From positions 16,368,001-16,432,000 of the forward strand of contig OZ024758.1 in the NCBI GenBank assembly GCA_964016885.1: 64,000 nt of DNA. The letters are read 5' to 3'. How positions within the stretch are numbered: the first letter of the stretch is position 1; the number at the start of each line of letters is the position of its first letter. The DNA comes from Eledone cirrhosa. Taxonomy: Eukaryota. The notes under the pieces were generated by a model. It was not told where the DNA came from, did no database searches, and worked only from the letters and a program-made list of their open reading frames with translations. Positions 26,070-41,401 of the stretch are shown piece after piece. The position numbers were made by a program, and so were the translations under genes.

Positions 26070-26490
26070 GGTGGCTGCCAACTCGTTTTCGAGTACGGCC
26101 ACTACTTTATATCCATGTAGGAGAACTCCTACCGTTGTGCTGAACGAGTGTAACTTTTTAGTCCAGCCAGCGACTTGAAAACTCTGGTACAAACACTACA
26201 CCTGTGACAATTATTGACACATAGTGCTGGGCCCATGGTACCATGTGACGACAAGTGCAGAGAGATCTCCAGATATAAAGCAATGCCTGTGCCGTGAAGC
26301 TTTTATAGTGAGCAAAGGCACTGCACAAAGCCAGTCCCTCTCTCTTAACCAAGATGATATTTACCAAAAAGAAGAACAAGTCAACATCATTGGATACCAT
26401 CAGGGTTGCAGGTGTTATATCAGAGTCATATCGGGGTCATCTCTCCCGGTGATTTTGGATGGCTATTGACTATTAAGAGCTCCTTTGCCC
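26070..26490 (+). mobile_element. Second copy of the RTE-5' composite element
   Basis: Reverse complement of ~13668-14120 with an internal deletion; flanked by (TACA)n. Confidence 0.7.
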
Positions 26491-26518
26491 TTTTTTTTTT
26501 TTTTACATACATAAATGC

Positions 26519-26549
<31 letters not shown>

Positions 26550-26674
26550 CATACATACATACATACACACACACACATACATGCATACATACATACATAC
26601 GTACATACATCAGATGTTAAACAACACCAGCAGCTCTCGATTCCTTTAAAACAATACTCGAGAACGACAACATT

Positions 26675-27105
26675 ATTAGAGGGTCGGACGCCATGCTTTG
26701 ACGCATAGAGTTACGGCCCATTCTGAGTTCAAATCCCGACGAGGTTAACTTTGCCTTTCATCCTTACGGGGTCGATAAAATGAAGTACCAGTAATGTACT
26801 GGGTAATTTGCTGGCCTTGTGCCAAAAGTAGAAACAATTATTAGTGGATCGGACGCCATGCTTTGATGAGGGACGGGCGCCATGCTTTGACGAGGGACGG
26901 ACGCCATGTTTGACGAGCGACGGGCGCCATGCTTTGACGCATAGAGTTACGGCCCCTGGCATTCTGAGTTCAAATCCCGACGAGGTTAACTTTGCGATTC
27001 ATCCTTACGGGGGAGGGGGGGGGGGGTTCGATAAAACGAAGTACCAGTAATGCACTGACGATATTTGCTGGCCTTGTGCCAAAAGTAAAAAAAAACAATT
27101 ATTAG
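26675..27105 (+). mobile_element. Two tandem SINE copies with short internal 21-24-bp repeats
   Basis: gacgccatgctttgacgag repeated several times between the two SINE bodies. Confidence 0.8.
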
Positions 27106-27427
27106 AGGATCTTAAAAGTATGGAAGAATGTAAGTTTGGAAATATGTAAGTATGTAAGTATGGAAGTCTTGAAGGATATTATGAATATGATTTAGTATAG
27201 CATAGTTGGCGCTTCAAACTAGTCGATATATAGGTGTTGATTGTTATGGCTACTAGAAAAGATGGAAGAAAATGCCAGTGTTAATACTCTTGCGTGCTGA
27301 ATAGCTGTCAGTAAATATTCTCTCCCCCATTGCTCATTGACAACAACATTGACTTTTGATACTCAGCAGAACACTAATGTTTTTGGCTGAAGATCGCACT
27401 GGTTTGTTTGTATATTTATATATACAC

Positions 27428-27514
<87 letters not shown>

Positions 27515-27597
27515 AACACACACACATGTGTATGTGTGTGTGTGTATATATATATATATGTTAGTAAAATTTACAAAATTATTATTTAAAAAATTAC

Positions 27598-27630
<33 letters not shown>

Positions 27631-28209
27631 ATATACACATATAGATATACATATACACACACATATATATACATATACACATATATGTATATATGTATAC
27701 ATATATATATATATACACATGTATATTTATATATATATATAAACATATGTATGCATGTATACACACACATATATATATATAAATATATACGTGTATATTT
27801 ATATATATATATATACACACATATATGTATGTATTTATACATATATATATATACATATATATATATACATATGTATATTTATATATATATATATATACAC
27901 ATATATGTATGCATGTATGTATACACATATATATATATATATATACATATGTATATTTATTTATATATATATATAAAGAGAGAGAGAGAGAGAGAGAAAG
28001 AGAAAGAGAGAAAGAGAGAGAGAGAGAGAGAAAGAGAAAGAGAGAGAGAGAGAGGATAGATGTGTGCCTGAGTTAAGTTACTGACTGGTTGTGTATATGT
28101 ATATAAATATATATACATATACACATATATATGCATGTGTGTGCAAGAGCGTGTTAATGTATATATATATATCTATATCTATATATACGTATATATGTAT
28201 ATATATACG

Positions 28210-28248
<39 letters not shown>

Positions 28249-28446
28249 ATATGGATATGTATATATATGACATATATATATATGATGATATGGATATGTA
28301 TATATATATATATATAATATATATGATGATATATATATATATATATATACATACAAACAGAAATATTCAGCTAGAGACTCCACAGGCAATGAGGTGATAA
28401 TAAACACTTCGATATAGAATGTATATCTTTGTGTGTTTATATACAT

Positions 28447-28535
<89 letters not shown>

Positions 28536-28599
28536 CTTATATCATCATCATCGTTTACCGTCCATTTTCCATGTTAATACGTGCTATATACACACACAC

Positions 28600-28638
<39 letters not shown>

Positions 28639-28823
28639 CGAAGGAAATGTGGTAAGGAACCAGGTGGACCATAACGCACCAAAGTACTCAATACTTAGGG
28701 TAGTAGAGTGGGTAATAGGAACGAGTAGAACCCCGACGGCTGAGCTCAAGCCGTTTCGACGGCTAATTCTCATGAATTAACCGTCGAAACGGCTTGAGCT
28801 CAGCCGTTGGGGTCCTACTCGTT

Positions 28824-28864
<41 letters not shown>

Positions 28865-29296
28865 ATATATCATCACTATCATCATCATCGTTTACCGTCC
28901 ATTTTCCATGTTAACATGTGCTATATATACATACACATACATACATACATACATATATATATATATATAAACAAACACAACGATACATATTCTATATCGA
29001 AGTGTTTATTATCAGCTCATTTCCAGTGTAGTCTCTAGCTGAATATTTCTGTTTACTGTTAATTTTTTACGCGTCTCCATTACCCCTTTCCGGATTGGAT
29101 TCATGGTGCGATTCTTAAATGATTGCTATGTAACTTAACCTCATGGACAACCTTGTGGGAGAGATAACTTCATCTTGTAACATTATCTAAGACCTCTACT
29201 GTTGATGGTCATACTTTCAAGGAACATTTACTGTCTGCGGAACTAATTCTATATTCTAATACACATCGATATTTTTTGCAATATATATATATATAG

Positions 29297-29710
29297 ATGG
29301 ATTGGCAGTATCGGTCGAGAGCTGGACGCCATGCTTTCCTGCATAAAGTTACGTCTCTTTACGTTCCGAGTTCAAATCCTGCCGAGGTTAACTTTGTCTT
29401 TCATCCTTACGGGTTTGATAAAAAAAGTACCAGTAATATACTGAGGTCGATCTAATCGACTTTTCCCTCCCCCAATATTGTTAGGCTTTGTGCCTAAATC
29501 AGAAACCATTATTAAATAAATGGTGGTGGATTGGCAGTATCTGCAGAGCGTCGGACACCATGATTTCCAGCATAGTGTTACGTCCCTTTACGGTCTGAGT
29601 TCAAATCCCGCCGAGGTTAACTTCGCCTTTTATCCTTACGGGGTCGATAAAATAAAACACCAGTAATGTACTGGCGTAATTGCTGGCCTTGTGCCAAAAG
29701 TAGAAACAAA
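29297..29710 (+). mobile_element. Two tandem tRNA-SINE copies
   Basis: Same family as 18687. Confidence 0.85.
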
Positions 29711-29727
29711 AATATATATATATATAT

Positions 29728-29948
29728 AAAGGGTGGGCCAGAATTCATGACTCGCTTGTTAGTTATATTTCTTAACATGCTTATTTTATAGTTATTGTAT
29801 TGTTTTAATTTATTATTTTATTTACCGTATCTTGTTTGTGATCTTATGCCTGCCTGTATATGGTAGTATATTCCTTAACTTGTTTTATAACAAGTTGTGT
29901 TAATAGATCTATAAATAATCAAGATTTATGAATTCTGGCCTACCCTGT
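29728..29948. mobile_element. Tc1/mariner-type MITE
   Basis: TIRs agggtgggccagaattcatga / ttatgaattctggcctaccctg, TA-flanked. Confidence 0.7.
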
Positions 29949-30018
29949 ACATATGTGAGAGAGAGAGTGAGACAGAGAGAGAGATAGTGAGAGTGAGACA
30001 GAGAGAGATAGTGAGAGT

Positions 30019-30064
<46 letters not shown>

Positions 30065-30120
30065 GAGTGAGAGAGAGAGAGAGAGTCCCGGGTTCATTAG
30101 TAGAGTGTAAACAACAAATT

Positions 30121-30244
30121 TAATATAGAAATGGCTTCTACGGGACTAGAACTGTTTCATTCGAAGGAAATCATCAGGAAAGCTTTCTTGGTGATTTCTT
30201 TCGAATGAAACAGTTTTAGTCCTGTAGAAACCATTTCTATATTA
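30121..30244. mobile_element. Fold-back element with HHR on minus arm (30130-30180)
   Basis: CTGATGA T TTC-CTTC-GAA T GAAAC...GTA GAAG; same family as 41402. Confidence 0.75.
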
Positions 30245-30319
30245 AAGTAAAAACCAAATATCTGACAGTGTAAATCTCTCTCTCTCTCTATCTATCTATC
30301 TCTCTCTTTATATATATAC

Positions 30320-30421
30320 ACAGAGTGTCCCCAAAGATGTATACACATTGTGCTTACCTGTACATACAATATTTATTAGAATGCTAATGAAGTGTGTATA
30401 CATTTTGTGGGATACCTTGTG
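30320..30421. mobile_element. ~100-bp Tc1/mariner-type MITE
   Basis: cagagtgtccccaaagatgtatacac / gtgtatacattttgtgggataccttg. Confidence 0.65.
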
Positions 30422-31091
30422 TATACATATATACTGTTAAGTCAAATTATGACAACTTTCCCATATACTGAGTTGGTAAATTGCATTCGAACAAAGATGA
30501 GCTTGTGCGCCGGAATGTTTCAGCACTGGTGTATGTTGTAGTGTAGTAGATGCGACTTGTTACGATCCAATTCTTTTATCAATCCTAATAGAATATGATT
30601 AAGTAAATAAATAAATAAGTTAGTTGAAATCGCGAAAGAAATGGCGGAATATCAAGACACACACACACACACACAAAAGGAAGGAGAATGGGTGAAAAAT
30701 CACGAAGAAACGAAGAGAAAGAACGAGAAAATATGATCAGGGGTAGAGCATGAGTGAGAAAATGTGAGTAGGGAAAGCGAATAAGCTAATATTTTTTATC
30801 TGAACAAAGACACTAATGCAATGTGGAGATATTTTATAGAATGTCGTAATAAATGTATTATGAAGAAGGGAATAGATTGGCATTAACATATAGTTCTTAC
30901 AAATGACTTTCTTTAAAAATACACAGTGAGCATAAAGTCTTTTCCTGATTATAAAATACCATCTCTCGGGTACTATTTGAGATTTTATTTTTTGATCGTT
31001 TTAATTTATAAATTTCAAGTTTAAAGTTATCCTGAACATGTTTTTTACATTTTCTCGTCAAAAGGAAGTAGTTGTAATTTTCAGTAACAAA

Positions 31092-31145
31092 ATGGCAGCT
31101 ATGAAACAAAAAGCTCAGTGTGTTTTGAGCTTTTCTCAGTCAAAC
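31092..31145 (+). pseudogene. Tc1/mariner transposase N-terminal fragment
   Basis: MAAMKQKAQCVLSFSQSN resembles MAT..QKAQCVLWF starts; very short. Confidence 0.4.
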
Positions 31146-31552
31146 GCTATAGTAGAAGACACATGCATAAGATGTTGCTTCGTGGGATCGAAAGCAGAGC
31201 CACGAGGTTGTCAAGCGAACTCCTTAATCATGCATACAACGAAGTCACAAGCAATCTTTGATCTATGAAAAGAAAATGTATGACTCTGTAATTCAAGGTG
31301 ATCGTATTCTCAGAAACAAATCATTTACATATGTTCGAAGAACCTAAAATACGTAGCGTATCTTGATAACCTGGCATCTATAAATCGATGCCAGGAACGG
31401 ATATGAATAAAATGCAACATCCAACAGAGTCTGGGAAAAAACATACTAGAATTAGATAAATTGTGTGGTGTTGTTTTTCCCTGTCAGAGCACAATCGATC
31501 AGACATAATCGAAGATGTTAGAGTGGGATTTATAGGCTGTGGGATTTTGGGA

Positions 31553-31670
31553 AGGCGCGTGGCTGAGTGGTTAGAGAATTGGATTCGCAATTGTGAGGTT
31601 GTGTGTTCGATCCCCGGACGGGTGATGCGTTATGTCCTTGAGCAAGACATTTTGTTTCACATTGCTCCTT
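31553..31670 (+). mobile_element. CORE-type tRNA SINE 5' part
   Basis: A box tggctgagtgg, B box gttcgatcc, CORE-like tgtccttgagcaagaca. Confidence 0.8.
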
Positions 31671-32031
31671 CTACCTGGAGTTGCGACCGATAGATAGTAT
31701 TAGCAATTGGAAAGACCAATGGAAACATTATTTCCTCAGTCCGATTCGACGAAAGTCGATCGACTGTTTATAGGCTGTTATTTTTATCAGGTCTGACAGC
31801 CACATAGAGAGTCCATCATATTCTTTTCCCTTCTGTTATGAAACCTTTATATTCCAAACAAAATTTCAAAACTTGCTCAATTCTGACTGAAAACAAAGCT
31901 ACTAATACAAAAGGCCGAAATCACGAGTTGATAGAAGGGACCCCTTTAATAAGCTCTTGGGACAAACTTATATTATAAATAACTGTTTCATAAAACCCAC
32001 GGACACCAATAATTTCAGAACTTGCAGTATA

Positions 32032-32897
32032 TACGAGGTTTGGATGAAACGTTCATAGGCCGACCAATATGAGGGAGTGATGCTAAAGCTGTGAAATCAT
32101 GCATGATTAATTTCAACTGTTCTTATTAATAATTGCATTGTTTCTTTCCAGGGACTATGTTCAAAACTAAACCTCATTTGGTCATTCCATGAGAGTATCT
32201 TGGTCAGCCTATCAAGGAGTGATGCTAAATAATGATTTCTAGTATAGGCACAAGGCCAGTGATTTGGGGGGGGGGGGAGTCGATTAAATCGACCCCAGTG
32301 CATTACTGGTACTTTATTTTATCGACCCCGTAAGGATGAAAGGCAAAGTTAACCTCGGCGGGATTTGAACTCAGATCGTAAAGGGACTTAACTATGCTGG
32401 AAAGCATGGCGTCCGACCCTCTACCGATACTGCAAATCACCGATTCTAAATAATGGTTTCTTATATAGGCACAAGGCCAGTAATTTGGGGGGAGGGGAAA
32501 GTCGATTAAATCGATCCCAGTGCGTGACTGGTACTTTATTTTATCGACCCCATAAGGATGAAAGGCAAAGTTAACCTCGACGGGATTTGAACTCAGATCA
32601 TAAAGAGCCGTAACTCTATGCTGCAAAGCATGGCGTCCGACTCTCTACCGATACTGCCAATCCACCGTGATTCTAAATAATGATAAGAGTTCATAGGCTG
32701 ACCAAGATACTCTCATGGAATGACCAAGCGAGGATTATTTTTCAACATAATCTCTGCAAAAAAAAAAAAAAAAAAAAAAAAAAAGACAATGCAATTATTA
32801 TCACGAAGAGTTGAAATTAATGCATACAAGATTTCACAGAATTAGCATCACTCAATCTTTCATAGTTAAGGCATGAACTTCTCACCCTACACTCGTA
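32032..32897. mobile_element. Mariner-like MITE interrupted by two tandem SINEs (32230-32670, minus)
   Basis: tacgagg...gttcatagg / catgaact...ctcgta ends, internal inverted symmetry, and SINE bodies in the middle. Confidence 0.7.
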
Positions 32898-33295
32898 TAT
32901 CACATAATCTTAATAATACACAAGCATATATAGAATACCAACAAGGAATGGTGGCATAATGACGAAAATAAAAAAAAAAACTAAAAAAAAAACTAAAAAA
33001 AAAACTAAAAAAAAAACTAAAAAAAAACTGCATCGACGTGTTGCAGTGATTCAGCCATCTTTCTGTTTACAACATTTACAGGAGAAGACCATTGGGGAAA
33101 AAAACATAACAGAAAAACGTCTTTATAATCAACATATATTGACTTAATCTACACATATCTCTCGCAACTACATAACTTTTGCTACACCTACCAACAAACG
33201 TAGTATCGTTGACCAAATAACTTTCCGATGACATCTCATTAGATTTTCGCTCTGCAACAATTGCACTGGGAATTTCATGTTTAAGTAAAATAATG

Positions 33296-33364
<69 letters not shown>

Positions 33365-33371
33365 GTATATA

Positions 33372-33417
<46 letters not shown>

Positions 33418-33563
33418 GAAGGGATATTCAATTTGTTGGTAATTCAACAAATATAAATGTTTATAACTGATTCAGAGCACTCAACAAATTTTCTGGAGTA
33501 TAATATACTATGATATTAAATAAATGGAAACTATATTTAGTATATATATACACACACACACAC

Positions 33564-33604
<41 letters not shown>

Positions 33605-34068
33605 CGTGTGTGTGTGTGTATATATATATATGTGTATGTATATATGTGTATGTATATATATATATATATATATTGTGTATATATGTATATATATATATAT
33701 GTGTGTATGGATATATATATATGTGTGTGTATGTATATATGTGTGTGTATATATATACATGTGTATATATATATATATATATGTATGCATATATATATGT
33801 GTATGTATATATATATATGCATATGTATATATATGTGTATATATATATATACATATATGTATATATGTGTATATATATAACGGAGGAGGTGTGGTAAGGA
33901 ACCAGATGGACCATAACGCACCAGAGTAATCAATACTTAGGGTAGTAGAGTGGGTAATAGGAGAAAGTATGACCCCGACGGCAGAGCTCAAGCCGTGTCG
34001 ACGGCTATTTCTGGACTAGAAATAGCTGTCGACACGGCTTGAGCTCTGCCGTCGGAGTCGTACTTTCA

Positions 34069-34134
<66 letters not shown>

Positions 34135-34342
34135 CAGCATCTCAGGATATTTGTTCCGCAGAACGGTCTAAACTCACCCCGCACACTCACCAAAAACTCC
34201 TTTCCATTTTTGTTTCCAGAGAGTCAACCTAATAACTACAAGGTTTACCTTGTCTTCTAGTGATTATTGTAAAATTACAAAGCTATGACTTAATCAAGTA
34301 AAATTATAAAGCTATGACTTAATCAAGCATTACTGGACTATA

Positions 34343-34550
34343 TCATAACATAACATAATATTACATAACATAACGTAACATAACATAACATAACATGATA
34401 GAACATACAATACCATAACATAACATAACATAACATAACATAACATAACATAACATAACATAATATAACATAACATAACATAATATAACATAACATAACA
34501 TAACATAACATAACATGATAGAACACACAATACCATAATAGCATAATACA
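34343..34550. repeat. (CATAA)n pentanucleotide repeat
   Basis: Direct reading. Confidence 0.95.
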
Positions 34551-34706
34551 CGATACAATATCAAAGTAAGGATATGTAAAATGAGTATAGGGTGATAATG
34601 GATAAATGCAATAATATATACTTCCTCGGATCACCTGTCTTCTTATTATAGTTCTGATCAAGCAACAGCAACTGCAGCAACAACAACAGCAACAACAACA
34701 GCCACA

Positions 34707-34782
<76 letters not shown>

Positions 34783-34930
34783 ATATATATATATCGAAAC
34801 GTTAAGTCTCTCTTCCAGCTATTTCAAGCGTTAAACTAATATATTTCTTCCATGTACTGTACCATTTGTTTTGTTATGACTTCTACATTCATATATACAC
34901 AGTGCTAAACTACAGAGAAATTATATATAC

Positions 34931-34984
<54 letters not shown>

Positions 34985-37169
34985 CGAGAGAGAGAGAGAG
35001 ATAAACAACAAATAAATTATATTTATATATCCTCTGTTGTTTATCAACATTTTCTTGAGAGAAAGAATTATTTTGGAAAGGAAAGGAAATAACTGAGAAA
35101 AAGCATAACTTTCGTTAAATGGATTGTCCTAAACTTAAACCACTGCTGTCTTTCAGCACCGCTATATATGTCAATTCACCAATACTTACTACTTGTAGAA
35201 TCAGTGAAATTTTTTGCACAGTGCAATACGTAAAAATAAAGAACTTTCTGCACTACGTAGATATCTTGCAATATGTTTTTAACATATGTGACATTAATTC
35301 TTTCAGTTCCGAACGTAATGGAATAGAATTCTTCAAAGTAACAGCGTACATTTTAAAAGCTTTCTCTGTACTTCTTTTCTTATGTGTCAACTTAAGCCAA
35401 AGACAAACTTGTTATTACCAAAACTATCATAGATCTTTTGTTGTTGCTGTTGTTGCTGCTGTTGTTGTTCGTTTTTTTTTTTTTTTACTTTCTGACACAC
35501 TCATCAGTCGAACTTCTTGTTTACCTTAGTTCAATTCTTTATATCTAATATTATAAGAAATTCGTTAGTCACAATTCTATTTCGATTATTCCTAAAATAA
35601 ATTCTAAACTTTTCCATTTCGTACAAGAATATCAAGAAAGAATGGTGAACGGAACAAGAAGCTGAACGAAGGTAAAAGGCAGCTAACAAAAGAGAAGAAA
35701 GACACACACACAAAAAATATATATACTAAAAAAAAACAACAAAGAATTATTATTCATAGAAATGCATTAAAAGAACTCTATTTCTATACGTTTCCGTTTA
35801 AGACACTCGTAACTCCGAAATTCCATCTCTTTGTTATTTGTTGAAGTAAGTTGATAACAACTCAAAACCTTCATCTGTAACAACTCACATAAATAATTCG
35901 AAACGGATTAAGAGCAAAAATGGCTTACACATTATCTGAATGATAAATATATAACTCTATTACCAATTCGCAGATGGCCGGCTCTTTTATCACTCTAATC
36001 GAATGCCAAGGGCTAACTGAAGTACGATGAATGTAACTTATTAAGAAGATATAATAATAAAGACGCTTGAAAGATTGCAAATGGTTGCAGGAAGAAAATG
36101 TGTTATTGATTTAATCATCAAAAGTGTTCCTTTGATGTTTTAAATGTATGTCTAATTCCTTTCTCAATATATGTTCTATAGTATTGGCCATTTTATATTA
36201 GTCTACGTTACCCAGAATCGACCATGTTATGATGAACGACATACGAACGGGGATTGCATCACGTTACTATTAATAAGACTCTAGAATCTTATTTGTGACT
36301 CAAAGTCTGGATTTTATAAGATATCAATTCCTTAAGCTTTTCAAGACAGAACTATCATGTATATTTGATATCTAAGAATGATATTATTCATAGAAAGCTA
36401 ATATATTAGTCATCATTGTACATCCGATAGATTGGAATTACTAGAATAATACATAGAAAGGATGAAAAGCAGTGTTGATCTCAGCGAGGTTTGAAATCAT
36501 AGCATAGAGAGCCAGAACAAATACTGAGAGCTTCTATCTATCAATCGATCTGTCTAGCTATCAACTAATCTATCTATCTCGCCCCTCTTGTTGTTGTTCT
36601 TCTTCTTCTTCGCCCACTTATTCCCGAGAGAGTCGTGGAGACAGAGTCCTCAAACACTCCTTCCAGCAGGTCCTGTCAGAAGGAACACCCTTCAAAATAT
36701 AAGCTGTGGGCAATATACTTATTGTAACGAACCACATATATATATATTTAACCAGTTGAAATTAAACCCTTCTTCCTTTCTTCTTCTTCTTCTTCTCCTT
36801 CTTCCACTTATTCCTGAGAGGGCCGTCACTCCTTCCAGCGGGTCTTGTCAGAATCAACCGTTTACATTTGAAAGCCAGTCACATGTTGTGAAACTCTCAT
36901 GTATACCATGTAAATGTAAGATATATCTTCTTCTTGTTGTCGTCTCCGTTGTCCAAATGCAACAAGAGTAGGTAACTCTTGAACCGCCCAATCAACACAG
37001 TGATGAACGACAACAAGTCGTCTTCTAAGAATGGTACCTCAACTATTAATTCGATTTTGAAAGGGCTGTGTAGAGTATTCCTGGAAGACGTGTAAGGATC
37101 TGACAGAGAACTAGAAGAGATACCCAGGGAAAACATCATGGACCTGAACCGACGGTACTTTCTGCCTTA

Positions 37170-37610
37170 CGTGGCTATACATGTGGCTAAATACAATATA
37201 CATGTGGCTATACATGTGGCTAAATACAATATACATGTGGCAATACATGTGGCTATACATGTGGCTAAATACAATATACATGTGGCTATACATGTGGATA
37301 TACATGTGGCTAAATACGATATACATGTGGCTATACATGTGGCTAAATACAATATACATGTGGCTATACATGTGGCTATACATGTGGCTAAATACGATAT
37401 ACATGTGGCTATACATGTGGCTATACATGTGGCTAAATACAATTTACATGTGGCTATACATGTGGCTAAATACAATATACATGTGGCTATACATGTGGCT
37501 AAATACAATATACATGTGGCTATACATGTGGCTAAATACAATATACATGTGGCTATACATGTGGCTTAATACGATATACATGTGGCTATACATGTGGCTA
37601 AATACGATAT
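37170..37610. repeat. Minisatellite of mixed 12-bp (tacatgtggcta) and 21-bp units
   Basis: Direct reading; HVAIHVAKYNI ORFs are artefacts. Confidence 0.95.
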
Positions 37611-38644
37611 CTGTAAATGTATTCATAGCTCTGAATATTATTAGTTGTGTTTAAATATACAAGCAGTATGTATAATCCCATTCGTAATTACAATGCTTCC
37701 GCAGTTGTATCGACGTGGGTGTATATGTGCTGATGTTTCAATAAACAATGAAAAGATGATATAGATTTAAAGATGAGAAATAGAAAATTGAGAACATATG
37801 TATGTAGGATAAGCTGCTATGATAAATGGAGGTTATACAATGACTTACAGAATCTCAATTATACAAACGATGTCGTTTGATAATGAATTCATTAAGAATA
37901 TATAAATATATAAATATATATTTCACCAAAAATATAGATTATTTTAGATTAAAGATAGATATCTGTAGAGCATTATAAAATAAAATATTGTAAAATTTAT
38001 TATGAATTCAATGGTGAAAAACATCTGCTTCTCTCAGATAAATAAAAAACAACCCAAAACCAAAGTAAAACAAAATATAAATACACACCCCAAAATCTAT
38101 TTACCAAAAATGTCGTCATAAAAACTAAATAATTTTTGGTATGTAAATGTTAAAGTGTATTGCTTAGATACATAACAAGGAAAGAAAATGTTAAGAAATA
38201 ATATGAAAGTTTTATCAATCTGTGTGTATTTAAAAAAAAAATATGAGAAAATCTGTAGATATTTTGAAGCAGACGATAACAGACTATTCTATCGGTTTTG
38301 TAAATATGAAATATTTTATAGCGAAATGCTGTAAAGCAAAGTAATAAACATCGAGTATATCTTAACCAAGAGAGAGGCAAGATAGAAAAATACTTGCATT
38401 AGCTATTAGCCTGTAATAATATCATAACCTCTCAATATTTCAATCACAACAGCTTCATCTTACTAAATATTATATTATAGAAACAAACATAAATACATCA
38501 ATGTATTTTCAGTAGTGAGTTAAATCCGTATATATAAACATGTATGTGTGTGCGTGCGTGCGCGCGTGTGTGTTAAGTATTTCCGTGAAAAAAGTAAAGG
38601 AAAGAAGAGTGCTCTATGTATAGTACAGAGCTATTTCATTATGT

Positions 38645-38861
38645 AATAAACAACATAATATAATTATTCCATTACCCAAGGTTTCATGACGTTAGACGTT
38701 TCTATCAGAAACGAATGATATCGTTCATCAGACGGAATATTTAGTAAATAAAGATTCTTTATTTACTAAATATTCCGTCTGATGAACGATATAAGACGTT
38801 TCTGTTAGAAACGTCTAACGTCATGAAACCTTGGGTAATGGAATAATTATATTATGTTGTT

Positions 38862-38865
<4 letters not shown>
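38645..38865. mobile_element. Fold-back element with two divergent HHR motifs (38682-38737 minus; 38773-38828 plus)
   Basis: TTCCGT CTGATGA ... GAAACGT-CTA-ACGT C ATGAAA; GUC triplet; irregular stem II. Confidence 0.75.
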
Positions 38866-38896
<31 letters not shown>

Positions 38897-39238
38897 AAGA
38901 ACTATTGTAACGCGAACTGGCGTGAAATTTATTATAATTATTGACAAACCAATCAAATTACTTCTCGAAAAACCTGGCATTTCAAGCCACTTTTTCCATA
39001 TAAAACAAGTAACATTCAGAGACCAGATGTGAGAAAAACCACAGACCCTCCATCTCAACTCACCTTTTGAAAAGCAGAAGATCTGCGAAACCGGTAAAGG
39101 AACCAAATAAATATATATATTTAAAAAAAAAAAAGTAAGACTCCAGTTGCATTTTCGATTTCATCTCTTTTTCTTTATACTTTCACTCGTGTAGGACACC
39201 TCGGTTATTTTTCATTTTGTAAAAAAAACCTCACTTTC

Positions 39239-39288
<50 letters not shown>

Positions 39289-39712
39289 GACGTAAAATAA
39301 GAAAATTATAAAAATTAACTTACTTACTAAAATTTCACACCAACTAATTTCACACCAACTAATCTGAAAGGGAATAAACATGGTTTCCGAATGGAACATG
39401 GAGAATACCTTTCGTCATCAGGAAGTCAATTCTCAGCTAAGTTCCCAGGCGATGCGTGGACACAGGGAACTTATACAAAAATAATTCAGTGGATGGAAAA
39501 AAGCAAGCAAGGACTAAATTCCAGGACATTGAAAAAAATCACTGCCTACTTGGTCGGTGGCAAATTCAAAAGAATCAATCACGTGACATCGAGGTTAATC
39601 AGTGAGGAGTGGGGTGTTAATAAGACAGTAGCTTGACTATTACTATGAACTATATATATATATATATATAGGATATTAACAAATGGAAACTATATTTATA
39701 AAACCATATTTA

Positions 39713-39773
39713 TTTCATTATACATATTTCAAGGACACCAAGTTAAATTATGGTGTGCTTTCATCAGATAAAA
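39713..39773 (-). ncRNA. Hammerhead, family D
   Basis: TTTTAT CTGATGA AAG..CACCA/TGGTG..CTT GAAATATGTATA ATGAAA. Confidence 0.75.
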
Positions 39774-40751
39774 CATAATATAGAGCAGTTTTATAAATAA
39801 ATATTGACATACCCTTAAAGAATGCAACCATTACTGTTGGAAGCTCCCGGATAGTGGAGTTATATCTTTAATTATACTATTATGTAAGATAGTATTGGAT
39901 ATTTTTAAATAAGCCGTTGGGTTACGGAGAAAGAGAAAGAGAGAGAGAGAGAAGAACAAGAGAGAAAAAAAAAGAAAGAGAAAAAAGAAAAGAGAGAGAG
40001 AGAGAGAGAGGAGAAAGAGAAAGGAGAGAGAGCGAAAACTCTAAGTGATAGGTTGTTGAGTTATCTTAACATTTGAGATGAAGTGAAAGAGTAAATAAAA
40101 TTAGAAATGTAAATAATCATGAATGGAAGATACATATATAATATGAGAATTTTAACCATTGTTTAAATATGATTAAATGTTTAGTTAATCAATTAAAAGT
40201 TGAGATCTATATATTAAGAAATCTATATATTATTATTAAGACTATATATTATTAAAAATCTATATATTATTAGAAGAATATATTCACACATATACACACG
40301 CAAGTATACATACATATAAAAATATATATACACATGTATAAATCTATATACATATATATCTACGTATATAATATACATACAAAATATAAAGGATTTTTTA
40401 ATTTAAGATCTAGGAATCTTATAAAATCAGAGAAAATCATTTCTATGTAATATCAAAGCAGCGTGAAGGAAAATTACGTTATTTAGTTATATAAATGTTA
40501 CAATTGTTAAGATATTAAAGGAAGTTTTATGTTATACACACTTTATGTTATTATACACATTTTTTTCATATAAGTTTTATATTTAATAAGATTACCTGTT
40601 ATGTAGTTATGACTGTTATTATATATGTTTATTTGTCACGAACCTTAGGATAATCCTTATATCGTATTTTTACTCCAATTATTTGTTGAGTGCTTTATAT
40701 CAGTTATAAAAATATTTGCTTGTTCTATCCCAACAATTTGAATAGAACTTT

Positions 40752-40810
<59 letters not shown>

Positions 40811-41006
40811 ATACTTGGGGAGTGTTATATTGTTGTAATAATATTGCCAGAATTAATAACAGAACACACTCACTGTTTGGTTGGTTTTCGCTTCTGTATC
40901 TTTTATATCAGTTAATTTAGTCGGTCCTCAATGTTTACCATTGACTGACCAATGGTCAGAAATACAGATACAATATAGACACAAACACATATATATAGTT
41001 TAAAAA

Positions 41007-41045
41007 GGTTCTTTCGTTGCACATCTGCAACATCGTCAGTGGTGC
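41007..41045 (-). ncRNA. 3'-truncated hammerhead related to the 8507 family
   Basis: CTGACGA T GTTGCA-GATG-TGCAAC GAAAGAAC; no stem I partner. Confidence 0.55.
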
Positions 41046-41249
41046 TATTATGTTTCCTCCTGTTGTATTGTATGTCTACGCCATCTTTATTTAATGTTTA
41101 TTTATTTATTTATTCATTTTTGTCTTCTTCTCTGCGCATGCGTTTGTGTGTGTGTATAGTGTGACTGTGTTTTGGTTATTGTATTCTATTTTAGTTTACT
41201 AGTGTGTGTTTATATGTGTTTGTTGTTATTGTGCTTGTGTATGTATTTA

Positions 41250-41280
<31 letters not shown>

Positions 41281-41401
41281 CATATATATATAGTAAAATG
41301 TTTAACCCCGACAGCAGAGCTCAAGCGTGTATGCGTGTATGTATAAATAAATATATATATATATATATATATATAAATGGCTCCAACAGGACTAGAACTG
41401 T

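Noticed and set aside
26070-26149. HDV-like ribozyme at the element 5' end
   Set aside because: P3 and P1.1 do not fit, and the diverged copy at 43561 conserves a simple hairpin instead.
31553-31620. tRNA gene
   Set aside because: A and B boxes run straight into a SINE CORE domain; no acceptor stem.
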